A DNA stretch of 64,000 bases from Callorhinchus milii (Eukaryota), in contig NW_024704747.1 in NCBI RefSeq assembly GCF_018977255.1, forward strand, positions 21,700,001-21,764,000, read 5' to 3'. Shown piece after piece: positions 36,031 to 49,384 of this stretch; positions within the stretch are counted from its first letter, which is position 1, and each line of letters opens with the position of its first letter. The notes under the pieces were generated by a model that saw only the letters and a program-made list of their open reading frames with translations, was not told the DNA's origin and did no database searches. The position numbers and the translations under genes were made by a program.

Positions 36031-37959
36031 TCAATAGCTGCTTTGCTTGCTGTACATGTTTAGGCATCTGTCAAGCATTAATACCAGTAGGATCACGAGG
36101 AATTGATAAACTACTTATAGGTTTAAGATATCAATTTCTGAAATGAAGCAAAGCAAGGAAGTAAACGCACACAAATATTTGTACAAACAGTCAGATGTGT
36201 TCAGTCAAGTTTTTAGATAAAGAAACAAGCCTCTTTGGGTAATACTTCTTAAGCATTCTTAACACAGATTTACTGCAGATTATATCTGTTAATGGAATTT
36301 ACATGGATGATATTACCCAGCGCTAAACTGTGAATTATACATAAGAAATCACTTAAATATAGATTGGATAATGAATATGCAATTAAGCTGGGAAAGGTTG
36401 GCTCATATTACCAGAGATTTACTGGCTCACCAACACTAAATTACTATAGGACTCTTGCAATTAGGTGTGATTTAACCATGGGAAGTCTCCAAGTCTAAAA
36501 AGTATTTTCCATTATTTAACTTTTAATCGAGATTTTAGATATTAATATCACAACACAGAAAATGTCAAGAAAGCAGGCGTAAATTGATTTAATCTATATT
36601 ACACAGGTCAGTAGAATCCGTAATTATACCTAGCGAGATCTTAAATACTTCATAGCCATCACCGAGATAAGCTGAATTCTGGCAATTGATTATTTGTGTG
36701 CAATGGGTTTAGGATTGCGAGATTGGAGTGGAAGTCAGCACATTCCCCATCTGTGTCCCAAAGATGAAAACTTTGAGAGATGTCTACATAAACACCCTCT
36801 TCAGAACCCTAGTGTTTACTGGAAGTGACAACCTCTGATTAGATCAGCTTGGATGAAGTATACAATATTCCATTGTCATCTTACAATGAATGAATTGCAA
36901 CTTGACATTGGTGTCACCTTCAGCTACTGCCCCTCATCTTCCTGTACTTGTATGGCACCCAATCCATTCCTATGTCATCTTTACCCCTGGAAAACTTAAT
37001 TCCCCTTGACCTTGTCATATGCTTTATATACAAAACTTATACGCTTACCCGGGAGTAAATGACTGACAACAACAGTTTGTGCAAAATGACTGCTGCATTT
37101 GTCTACAAAACCAGTTACAACATTTGTCAGTAACTACCTGACATTTCTTTCTCAGGCATCACAGTTTTTGTAATGGCAGTTAAAGCAGGCTCCCTGCCTT
37201 TTTCCTACGAATTCCCTAACATGGTCACCTTTATCAAATGCAATCTTAAGGCAATAGTAAAATCTATGTGATGCTGTGATAGGAGTACATCCTTGAAGGT
37301 TGAGAACAAACGGACTGAAAGCTTTTCTTCATTTAAACCTCTCATATCACCTTGTAAGATACAGTCACAGTGAGCGTGGCCAAAGAGGATTGCATGTGAC
37401 CTTTTATGGCAGGGTCCTTTTTCTTTCTACTAAGGAGGCATTTTGACTGAAGGGCAGTTTGCAATAGCCAAGCAGAGCTATATTGTTTTCTCCATGAACT
37501 GCACATCAAAGGTCATTTATAACAAGACTAGGATTAACATACACAAACACTGAGGCAATTGCGAACATGCTTTTGCATAGATCCAGTATTTAGAGAAGCC
37601 CACATTCACGTCAGCCTCTGGAAGCTTTGAATCTATGAGAAAAATAAACTGGTGGCACTTGTATTCTGCTACTTTCAATTACCAAAAAGAAGTGAAAACA
37701 AAAGTCCTTGATTCCTCATCCATAGCATGGGAAACCTCAGAGCGTTTGACAGACCTTGTCACGAAACCTGTGGTAATGTACAATTTAATGAACAAATTGC
37801 ACTCTTCAGCCGATAGCACAAACATGGTGTTTGGAGCCACATCTCGCTTGAGTGAGATAATGTGATCTGCAAGCTAAAGGGCAAACTGAACAGAGAAGGA
37901 AGGTGATTGGTATTGGATGCAGTGCAACGGAGACTGCTCCTGACTATTTGACAATAGCT

Positions 37960-38120
37960 GTACATAGAATTACACAGAATATACAACACAGAAACAGGCC
38001 ATTCGGTCCAATTGGTCTATGCCAGCATTTATGCTCCACATGAGCCTCCTCCTGCACTTCTTCATCTAAGCCTATCAGCATAACCTTCTATTCCTTTCTC
38101 TCTTGTGTACTTATCTGGCT
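37960..38120 (-). mobile_element. CR1 3' end
   Basis: catagaattacacagaat..acagaaacaggccattcggtcc; similar text at 63420-63690. Confidence 0.6.
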
Positions 38121-40174
38121 GTAAATCCTTTGCATCATCTGCACTTTATTTTATCTTCTTGATCCCCTCCTTTCTCTGCTCCCATCTCTATTCCATAAGA
38201 CTTTGCTTTGGTTTCTACAGACCCATCTGGGAATATTTAATGGAATTATCACAACCAAACAAAGGAACAGTGTTCCTCAAACAGAGAACTGACAAGACTG
38301 TGTTTATCTGTTGAATGATATATGAAGCAAAAAAAGTTGAATGGTTGCTGACTTTCAATCTAATATACCTTCTGCAACAGATAAGACCATTTTGTCCAAA
38401 AATTTTAAGGGCTGCAGAATTGTGATCAGCTTCCAATCAGAAGCCAATTTTCAGAAGTTCTTGAAAAGAACCTTGCTTCCAAATTACGACTGTAGTTGAA
38501 GAATTTCCACCATTCTGCGTGATGTTAAATTTTAAGACAAAATGGTTTGATAGGCTAAGACTACGTACAATTTCGGGCCATTACTTCCTTTGTTCCACCA
38601 CCTGTTCTAGTCATTTGATGCATATGCTTGTGACACTTTCTTATTGAAAACAAATCTCCTGCATTTCCTATTTGCTTTTTGTTGCCCCAGTGTTGAAGCG
38701 ATGATCCTTTGATTTGAATTTTGCATGCAACATAAAAATTGTATTTGCATCCAAATGTTCTAAATCCTTCATAATTTTAACCCTGCTTTATTGGGCGTAT
38801 AAAGTGACAATGTCTTTTTCAGTCAGGAGACCTCACATGATTGCTGGTTGACTCCAGCTTTTTTGACAGGTATAAATGTAAAATCTGTCCTTCCAGGGAA
38901 GCAGTGGTTTAAATGATTTATTTTCCCAGACTATATTTTTTTGGTGGTGGGGCAAGTAATTATAAAACAAAAATCTATGGAAACAATACATATCGGTGCC
39001 AAACTATAAAACTAACGTGACATCTGTAATCCTGAGGGACGGCTCACTTTCAGCAACTTAAATGAGATACTTCTGCTAATATCCTTCTGCAAGTTCCATA
39101 TCAGCAGAAGCACAGTGAAGGCAGCTGCTTATAGTGTGTGTCATTGTTTAAACATTGGCACAGAGACTGACACTTTAATTTTAAACATTATGATTCTTAG
39201 TGAAGCAAGCATATTTTACCATGAAACGGGGGCTTTAATAGCATCTCTTATTGCTGCTTGTTAAACTAAATGTGTGAACTGAGGATATACTTGAACATAA
39301 AGTGTACAGAGAAAAAGTTGTTATGAGTATATCATTTTCTGGTGTGGGAGATGGATTTTGAACAGTCTTTTGAATTATACCTTTGCCCCTGTTTTTTAGA
39401 GTAGCTGCCAAAATAGTTTGTGCATAAAAATAATAATGTGACAAATAATGCACCTGCATGAAATGGTAAATTTCACTTATAACGTAGATATTTTGTAGGT
39501 TTCATCATTCTTAAAGTGCATTTTATGATTGGAGTTTGTCTCAAAGTGTTTCACAAGATATACTGTAAAGTGATTGTGGCTGTGTGTTTTGTAGATGAAC
39601 ACAGAAGTTAATTTGGGTACAGCAATGTCCCACCTTTGACTCAGAGGACAGAGTGCTACTAATTAAACCAGTATGGCACATGAAAAAACTATAGCAACAG
39701 CACAGACACATCTAAGCGCTACATCTCAGGTGTTGTATTTTAATATAAGCTGATACACTCCTTCCTACTTCAGGCATCCTTTCTGAAAAACAACATTTGG
39801 GATAGATTCTGCTGTCGACCCTGGAGCCAGCTGGAAGCCAGTGAGAAGGATTATTGGGGCAATGCCTGGTGAACGCAGGTCAGAGGAAACAAGTTCATGA
39901 AGGCAATATGAAGCGAATGAGTTAATACTTTATACCCATCACTTGACCTTCAGTACAGAACCAGGCTGTTTTCTTAAATGCCAGGGACCTGGCAGCACTT
40001 TATGTATCAGAGTGTTAAACACAGTTGTAGCTTTTTCACCAATGACTCCAATAATTGTCTCTAAACCAACTGATTTTGAGCTGCTCATTACAAATATAAT
40101 ACAAATATTGTGGAACAATTTCATAAGCCTAAGAAATGCTTACTAGTGGTGGGCAGGACACTAAGGTCTGGGAG

Positions 40175-40492
40175 AATAATAATAATAATCCTTGCATTTG
40201 ATATAGCACTTTTTACATCTTCTAGATGTCTCAAAGCGCTTCACAGAATATACTGTAATGTGAATTGACTGTATATTTGTGGGTGAAACACGGCAGCCAA
40301 TTGCGCACAGCAGTGTCCCACAAACAGTCATGGAATGAAGTGACCAATGTATTATTGTTTTTTTTTCTTGAGGGCTTATTATCAGGCGTGTGGAGTAAGG
40401 AAACTTGCCCAAGGTTTCACCTTGCTGGGAATCGAACCCAAGTCTTTCGCTTGCAAAGCAAGTGCTCTAACCACTGAGCTACTGGACTCCAC
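40175..40492 (-). mobile_element. tRNA(Ala)-derived SINE
   Basis: Same family; flanked by (aat)n on both sides. Confidence 0.92.
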
Positions 40493-41309
40493 GAAATAAT
40501 AATAATTGTACTTTAGTTAAAAGGTAATCACAGGGAGGGAGGAAGAGATAAAGAACAGTCATAAATAATAATCACCAAATGTTATCACCATCTTATCTCA
40601 CCATATGAATTCTTTTGGAATATAACAATGAGTTTTTGAATTGCGTTATGTTGTGCATTTCTAAAATAAAAGATTTGCCTTTCAATGACTATTCTGCCCA
40701 TTTGACACCAATAATTAAAATCTCATATCAATTAGTTTCAGCCTTCCCTAAAATATCAGTGCTTTATTGAAGATGTATCCTTTATTCCAATAGATATTAT
40801 TTAATCTTAAAACTAATATTGGAACTACATATAAAATATCCCTACATTGTGGCAGAAAGCAAATACTCTATAATCTTTTCAGCAGAATGCGCGAGATTGC
40901 TTCTTATCTCAGTAATACAATGTCAGGGCTGTCAATGCTCTCTTTATACCATACAGCTGGAAGAAAATGCTTGGAACATGAATATGGATTACTCTTTCTT
41001 AAACTAGCCTTTCATTGGAAATTAGTATAAGCTTTATGGGAGGCAGGGTCACCATATCATGTCTTTCATTTTCCTTAGTTTGACTTTACATTTTTCCTTT
41101 TTGCTAAAAAAAACTCCTCTAACTTTCCTTGTGTATTTAAAGTGTGAAGGTACTGGAGGTTGGCCACAATAGGGCTATGGGCTATTATTGGCTCTCGCCA
41201 ACCTGTGCTTAATACACTCATAGAACCATAGGCACTCCAATTAATAATAAAAATAATAATCCTTGCATTTGATATAGCCTTATTACATTGTTGAGATGTC
41301 TCAAAGGCT

Positions 41310-42245
41310 TAAATTACCCACCTTTACCCCATATCCCTTGGTACCCGTACCTATCAAAAATCTATCCTGCTTCCTGCTCCCATCTACACAATTTACTGTG
41401 CCTCGTAACTTTGTGACATCTGCAAATTTGGATATGAAACTCTCCATTCCTTCATACAAATCGTTTATATATATATATATATACTAGCTGTACCTGTTTC
41501 AGTTTCACTTACACCAAAGGATCCAATATGGAATGTAGATTGACATACAGACAGACACACAGAGAGACATTTCATGTTTATCTATACTCATCTGGGAGGA
41601 CTCTTGTGGGAGGAAATAACCCATGAACAATAGGAGATACCTGAAATATGCCCATGTCACCTTGAGGTGCAAGACCTTTCCGATGAGGTGTAAACATGTC
41701 TCTAAGTCAATCGGTTATTGAGATCCTTCTTGAAGCGCAGACAGACATTGTCATTTTATTAGTATAGAAGATAGACAGAAGATAGAAGAAGATAGATGGA
41801 AGATTATTAGTATAGATGGTGAAAAGCTGAGGCCCAAATACAGACCCCTAGGAAACACCACTTGTCACGTCCCGCTAATCAAAGAACATTTCCTTTATCC
41901 TTACTTTCTGTTTCCTGCCTCCCAACCAATTACCAAGTCACATCACAAGATGACCTCTGACTCCATGTGCTTTCATTTTTGCTAATAACCTCTTTACCAA
42001 ACCTTATCAAATGCCTTCTGAAAGTCCATATAGACGACATCTCTAGACACTCTCTTAGACACCTTGTCAGTGACCTCCTCCAAAAATTCAATTAGATTTG
42101 CTAGACATGACCTAACATTCACAAATTCTGCTGACTCTCTTTCATTAGCTTGTAGTTGTCCCAGTGCTCAGTCACTCTGTCCCTGATGAGAGATTCCAGC
42201 AACGTAGCCACAACTGAAATTAACATGACAGGTTTGTAGTTACCT
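41310..42245 (-). mobile_element. CR1 LINE RT fragment split by a Helitron
   Basis: Minus translation: DVVYMDFQKAFDKV, VTSGVS*GSVFGPQLFT|IYIND, ISKFADVT. Confidence 0.88.
41484..41816 (-). mobile_element. Non-autonomous Helitron, copy 1
   Basis: Minus strand 5'-TCtatactaat...acagCTAG-3', inserted between A and T with no TSD; (gaca)n near the 5' end. Confidence 0.75.
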
Positions 42246-42450
42246 GCATGGTGATGGATTTCCTCATGTGTCAGACACCCAGCTGACCAAAAAAAAACAT
42301 TGGTTGTTTTAGACTCAATACTGAAAGAATTTCAGCATCCTTTACTGTTGGTTATTCAGCTTGAAAGAACACCAGTTCTTTCAAATATTGGAAACAATTG
42401 AATATGAAAAATACTTGTATGAGCATTTAATTTTTTTTTGCATGAATATA

Positions 42451-44833
42451 CCTCGACTTGGTGATCACTCAGGGCCTCACCGTCTCGGACCTTACCATCA
42501 TCGACAGAGCGATCTCGGATCATCACTTCATCTCCCTTAACTCCTCAATCTCTCTCCCCACTGCCACCCAACCCACCTCCATCTCATACCATCCCCAGAA
42601 AAAAATCTCGCCTCCCCTCCCTCTTGGCCACCTTGGAGTCATCTGAACTCCTTCTTCTCTGGGCGTCCTCCGCAATGATTTAACCTCCTCGGTCACTCTT
42701 CTCCACAGCTCCCTCCCCTCCACTCTCGATTCCCTCGCTCCCCTCTCTTCCCGAACCGTCTCCTACTTACCAAATCACCTTGGTACACCAGCCACCGCTC
42801 CCTTAAAGCCCAGGCGCATTCTTCTGAGGGCACTTGGCTTAAATCAAACCTAATTGTCCATCGGCAGGTTTGGCTGGACCATGTCAAATCCTACTGCTCG
42901 GCCCTCGCCTCCGCTAAATCTTGGAGGCTAAGGACAACCTCAGGTTCCTCTTCTCCATCACGAACTGGCTCCTCCCCCCACCCTCTCATGCCTCACCCAT
43001 TCTCACCTCAAATGCCAACTGCGAGGCAATGCTGGACTTTCTCGAATTCAAAGTCAAGGGAATCCATTCATTTGCCTCTGCCACTGCATCTGCAATCCCC
43101 TTCACATCTCCTCCTCCCACCCCAGCCCCTACCTATCCCTCCCTCCACACCTTTGAACCTGTCACTCCCTCCTCTCTCATCATCATCATAACCCGGATGA
43201 AACCCACCACCTGCTCCCTCGACCCCATCCCTACCCCTCTCCTTACCTCCCAGCTCCACCGCCTTGTCCCTCTACTCACTGATATCATCAACCTCTCCCT
43301 GTCCTTTGGTACTGTTTCCACCCCTTTAAAAAATGCTGTCATCACTCCTATCCTTAAAAAACCCTCCCTGGACCCTTCTTTACTCCCTATCTGCTGCCCC
43401 ATCTCCAACCTCCCCTTCTTCTCCAAGGTCCTGGAACGAGTTGTTGCTTCTCAGCTTTGCTCCTTCCTCTCCCGCCACTGCCTTCTCGAACCCCTCCAAT
43501 CGGGCTTCTGTGCCGCCCACAGCACAGAAACAGCCCTGGTCAAAGTGACAAATGACATCCTCTCCATCTGCGACTAGGGCTCCATCTGCCTCCTCATCTT
43601 CCTTGATCTCTCTGCTGCTTTCGACACCGTTGACCACTCTATCCTCATCCACCACCTCTCCTCTCACCTCAACCTCCACGGCGCTGTCCTTGACTGGTTC
43701 AGATCATACCTCTCACACCACCTGCACGTCATCTCCTCAAATGGTTTCTCCTCTAGTCCCCGGACCATCTTGTGCGGTGTTCCTCAGGGCTCTGTCCTTG
43801 GTCCCCTCCTCTTCAATATCTATATGCTCCCTCTTGGTGACATCATCCGTAGACATGGGGTCAACTTCCACATATATACGGATGACACCCAACTCTACCT
43901 CTCTGCCTCCAACCTTGACTCCAGGAACACTGCTGTCCTGACAGAATGTCCTGAGAGCTAGCTTTCTTCAGTTGAACATCAACAAGACCGAGGTTCTCCA
44001 GGTTGGCTCCTGTCAGAACCTCCTCACCTCAGGCGCTGACAGCATCACCATCCATGGTTGCAAACTCAACCTTGCTAAGCCAGTCCAGAATCTTGGGGTC
44101 TTGTTTGACCCTCAACTATCCTTTCTACCCCACATTTGTGCCACGACCTGCTCTGCTTCCCTCCGCAACATCGCCCTGCTCCGACACTGTCTCACACCAC
44201 AGGTCACCAAAACCCTCATATACGCTTTCATTACATCAAAGCTCGACTATGCAAATTCACTGCTTATCAGCCGCACCAACTCCTCCCTCCACAGGCTGCA
44301 GATCATCCAGAATTCTGCAGCCCGTGTCCTCTCCTGCACCAGGCTCCTCGACCCTATCACCCCCATCCTTGCCCAACTCCACTGGCTTTCCATCACACAG
44401 AGGCTACAGTTCAAGATCCTGGTCCTCACCTTCAAAGATCTCCATGGTCTTGCTCCCCCCCTACCTCTCTGACCTCCTAACCCCCTACCATCCTGCTTGC
44501 TCCCTCCACTCAGCAGTCTCCAGCCTGCATCACGTCCTCCATCTTGCTCACCCCACTATTACCGGGCGGGCCTTCTGCCACTCTGCACCCACCCTCTGAA
44601 ACTCCATCCCGCAATCCCTCTGTCTCACCCCCTCCCTCACCACCTTCAAGACCAACCTCAAGACACTCCTCTTCGACCGTACTTTCGATCTCCCTGCTTC
44701 CCCCCCTGCCCTCCACCCTCCCCCACTCCGACCCCCAGCTCAGGTCCGTAACTCTGTCTGCCCAGCGCCTTGGGACATCTTCCCGAAGTGAAAGACGCTA
44801 TACAAATGTAATTTTGTTGTTGTTTTGTTGTTG
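42451..44833 (+). mobile_element. L2 LINE, ORF2 from late endonuclease through RT to the 3' tail, disabled
   Basis: [48 protein letters not shown]; stops and frameshifts. Confidence 0.96.
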
Positions 44834-45784
44834 AATATGTGAAAGAGATTGAGACACATCAACAATTCTCAGAAGCCAGATATGCTTACTGGGGATAATT
44901 TTCTGCATCTGGTAAATCTTCAGCTTTACCTAGAATTCCAGTTCCTTTTAATAGTGACTAAAGCACGTTTTTACTGCTGCAGTTATTGACAGGTTGTGTA
45001 GATATCTGCAATCTCTAAAATCTTAATTTAGCAGCCAGTAAGTACACAATGAACCATGCCTGTCTATGTGCAAATTGGATGCCAGTTTCCTATAAAATAT
45101 AGTCACTGTATGTTATTGTAAAGAATCCTGTGAAATGATTTGAGATGTCCTCCCAAAAACATAAAAATTACTGTATTATCTAAAATATTCTCCTCCTTTA
45201 CTAACACCCCAAAACATTACCATAGCACCTTTCTCATTTCCATTATTATTGGCTCTCGCCAACCTATGCTTAATACGTTCATAGGAATTCCAATTAATAA
45301 TAAAAATAATTTAGAAATTATTGAGAATTTGTTTTAGATGAATATCAAAAAAATCCTTGCATTTCGATATTATGCCTTATCACGTTGTTGGAACGTCTCA
45401 AAGTGCTTCGCAGAATATATTGTAAAGTGGATTCACTGTGTAACATGAAGCAGCAATTATGCACCTTAGGTTCACTTCAGGAGGATGTGCATTCAGATAC
45501 ATATTCACAGAAAGCTAAATAGTCAGAAAAATCTTCCCAAACCCCATAACACCTGGTGCTTGTTTTGGAATTTTACTTACAGAGAGCTGAATTGTCTTCA
45601 GACATTATGTACCTCATTTGACTATCCAAAGGTTATAAAGAACAAACTGGACAAAATGTGATACAAGTACAACTTAACTCTATTTTACCCTACACTCATA
45701 AGTTAAAAAAAGCAAGTGTTTTGATGCAATTGAAGAAAAAGATAGATTTAGAATAGATTTAGAGTTCCAAACGGCAATTTCAGG

Positions 45785-45965
45785 ACAGACACCAGGAAGT
45801 TTTTTTTTACTGGAACTGGTAGAATTGCCAGAAAGAGTGGTTGATGCCAGGATATTGTACCCCTTGATACTGTGATGGGAGGACAGTAGGGTGGGTGTTC
45901 TGGAGGCATGAGTTCAGATGGGCCGAAGAGCTTTCTTCATCCAAACCAATCTTTTGATCTTGTGA
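45785..45965 (+). mobile_element. CR1 3' end (paralogue at 52990-53195)
   Basis: The two regions align: cagacaccaggaagttttt..ggttga.gccagga..cagatg..tcttcatc..tgatcttgtg. Confidence 0.7.
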
Positions 45966-48900
45966 AAATGATCGATGCCACTCAACTGTGCAAATAATAT
46001 GGGTGGACTGAGTATGGAAGTACTTCCATTGAAAGAATCACTTCGAAGTGTAGCAACTGTCATCGTAAAGTCCTTACTTTCATAATGTAGGGCCAAAATC
46101 GAAGAGGGGAAAAAAAACGGAGGCGATCTATATTTAAATCAAATATCAATTAAAAGAACTTGTATTGCAAGTAAAATGACTAAATGAAGTATTGGGATCC
46201 AACAGGATTCCTACTGGAAATCCACAGCAACTGTACTCTGGAAGTAGATTGCAATGGAGCAAGGTTCTTCAAGATTGGTACAAAGTCCATCCTCTTACCA
46301 GAAGGAGTCACTGTTTGCACAACCTAGTAAGTAATCCCATTAATGTAGACCCCATTATAGAGTATGGTTCGCCAGGACACCAGGAAGTATTCTGATTTCA
46401 TTAAATTTCAGAGTTATTTTCAAATAANTTTTTCATGTCAAAGCCTGACAGCAAATTAATCTTACATGACATATTCTGCATAGCTCATGGGTATAAGGAA
46501 AAGCTTCAAAATACATTATTCTGCTCAGGTGGACTATTTGAAAAGAGAAGGAAGTTTCTCCCAGTATCCTGGCCAACAATTTTCCAGATAACATTGGTCA
46601 TTTACTTCATGGCTGTTTGTCGGTCATTGCTGTGTGCAAATTGGTTGCTGTGCTCAACTACAAAATATAGCCACTACACTTTACATTGAGGTGAAGCTCT
46701 TTGACACATTCTCCCAATGTGAAAAGGAGCTTTGTCAAATGTCAAATTATTTTTTACCCTTCAGCTACAAGCAAGCATTTCAAGAAGCTACACCATGAAA
46801 GGTATTGTATCAATGCAAGTTGCTTTTTCTTACACAATAAAATCCAGCCTTCAAATTATTTTTTCCAAGCATTTGGGACAAAGTCATTTGTAACAACGAA
46901 CCTGGATCGACTGGCAGACAGCAGAAAGCAACTCATCTCTGCCGATTTAAATGCATTGGGAGTTAATGAATGAGTTAAACTCACCTTGTGTCATCAATAG
47001 AGCACTGTGTAGCATCGATGATTTTTTCAGCACTGTGCTGTGTGCAGCAATGAAAAATTACCTTGTGCATCAGTACATCACAACATGCTGCAATCAGTCA
47101 GTATCTAATAGGGCACTGTTTACATGCTCACACGATTGCAAAAGATCCAATAAAAAAAGACAATGGTAAATAGGAAAAAGTTGACTGCAGTGGATCAATA
47201 GCAACTATCTTTTTAATAGATTATTAAACATTTTTAAATGCTTTTGTAAATATTTTTTCTGAGATACTTCAAAACATACCAAAATCTTTTGCATTTTCTC
47301 ATTCCGACAACACCCCTGATGTAGCTGGAAGATTTCAGCTGCATGTAATTTGTAACCTGACTAACTCAGTGCTGTGAGAGGAATCTATCAACATCAATGC
47401 ACCAAGGCACTTGCAACTGCAGTTAGATAGGCCATGGAAGGAACAGAGGGAAAAAAAATGTTTCAAGCAAATCCTTTCAGCAAAGGCCATTACATTTACA
47501 TAATCCATTGAAACATTAACTGCAGGCAGTGGAAAACCTCCCTGGATTCCAGCACACAGTTCTACTACAATCATCATTTCAGATATATATTCCTGATCCT
47601 GCAGTGGATTTGGTCACAAGACGATAATTTGGGGCAGAATTTGCACATTATCTGAAGAGCTTCTCGGGGTTTGGGTAAAAATTGACAACCAGCAAAAGGT
47701 TCCAACCTGAAAGAAATGCATATTTTTTTAAAACCTATGGTCTGATAGATATATGAATAAAATAATAATAATCCTTGTGTTTTATATAGCGCCTTTTATG
47801 TCAGGAGGACCTCTCAAAGTGCTTCGTAGGATTTACTTTAATGTATAGCGACTGTGTTTTGTGGGCGTACACATCACGATAAGGTATGAAGAATTACTGA
47901 TAAAAAGAAGAATCCTTAGATTTAATATAGTCCTTTTCACTTTAGGAGGCTGACTCACATGTGTCTCTTTGTGCCCAGAGGTGTTTCACATGATATGTTG
48001 TAAAGTGAAGGTTCTGTGTATGTTGTTGTGGTGGGTGTGGGCAGATTAATACAGTTGACCCCTTGCTCAAATCAACTTAAACTAATCTGGTGACAAAATG
48101 AACCACAGATTTACTTAACAAACTATTGCAAATTACCTCTGAACCAGTTAAATGTAATAAGTGCACACTCGTGACTTCAGTTTTGCCAACATAAGCAATC
48201 CTTTACAATCAGTTTGTCAATTCTCAGGAGTCTTACACCCTGTCCCGAGGGAGAAGAAGAGATAAATGGAACCTGACCAAACAAAAGGTAATATAATAAT
48301 ATAATATGTACGAACTTGCATTTTTCTCAAAGTGTCTCACAAGCAATTACATTCAAGTGTAGTGACTGTGCTTGTAGGCTGCAATTTGTGTCAGCAAGAT
48401 CCCACAGACAACCATGAGGCGAATGCCAAAATAAATCTGGAGGATTGTAGGCCAAGGTACCAAGGGAGCCTCCCTTCTCTTTTTGAATAGGTGCCGTGGG
48501 ATCTTTAATATCAACCTGAACAAACAAAGCATTGTTTTGTATGCAGGGAGCCAACCTTACCTCACTGATTTCTATTGATGTGCAGTCCTATGGAGTACAG
48601 TATTTGGACTTGAATAGTGTGGACTTACAGGACTGTGAAAGAGTACGAGGAAATCGGAAATTATTCAACCGTAAAGCAATCTCTCAAATGGCGTTACTGA
48701 ACTCTTTTGAAGGGAATTTTTTGAGGTGATTGAGGGTGAAGGACTGAGCCTTGTCAATGTTTGAAAGTTCACATTTTAGTCTGCTTTATGACTGATAGCA
48801 TTGCGTGCAGAAATCTTTTGAAATTAAAGTTTAAGCTTAATATTTAAACTTATATTGTGTTACTATTATACGTGATGCCATTGCACATGGAATGCTATGC

Positions 48901-49384
48901 AGAACAGAGTACGTGTGTCGAACAGTGAATGCTTTGGGAGGATCAAGTAACTTGCTGTATCTTAAACAAGCCACGAACAACAAACAAAATAAAGGTATAA
49001 AAGTACACTGGGGATTTGAAATATTCTAATCATTTGTTTTCAATTGTATTCCATTCAGACATCCGAATGAAATTCTGTGCTCAACAGCTACACCTTAAGC
49101 GAGCATTAAATTCAGAAGTCAGTGCTCAAGTAGCAAAAAAGTGGCTCTTATAATGAGAGAGGTTTGGATTAACCATGGCCCTTTGACCCATTTGATCAAA
49201 CTAGATAAACACAATGTTGAGAAAAGCCATGTGGGCAAGTGGCAGGTCTGCATTCTTAGATAAATATCTGAAAAGAAGCAAGATAAAAAGGTCTGGGGAA
49301 AAGGCAGGAGAATAGGATAAATATCTTTTAGAGTACCAGTACAAGCATAATGGAATGAAAGGCTTTCTTCCATCTTTCTTTTGA

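Noticed and set aside
37581-37772. 192-nt open phase-0 segment with ag/gt borders (IQYLEKPTF...TKPV)
   Set aside because: No recognisable protein, weak splice context and no partner exons
46428-46428. Single ambiguous base n
   Set aside because: Assembly artefact
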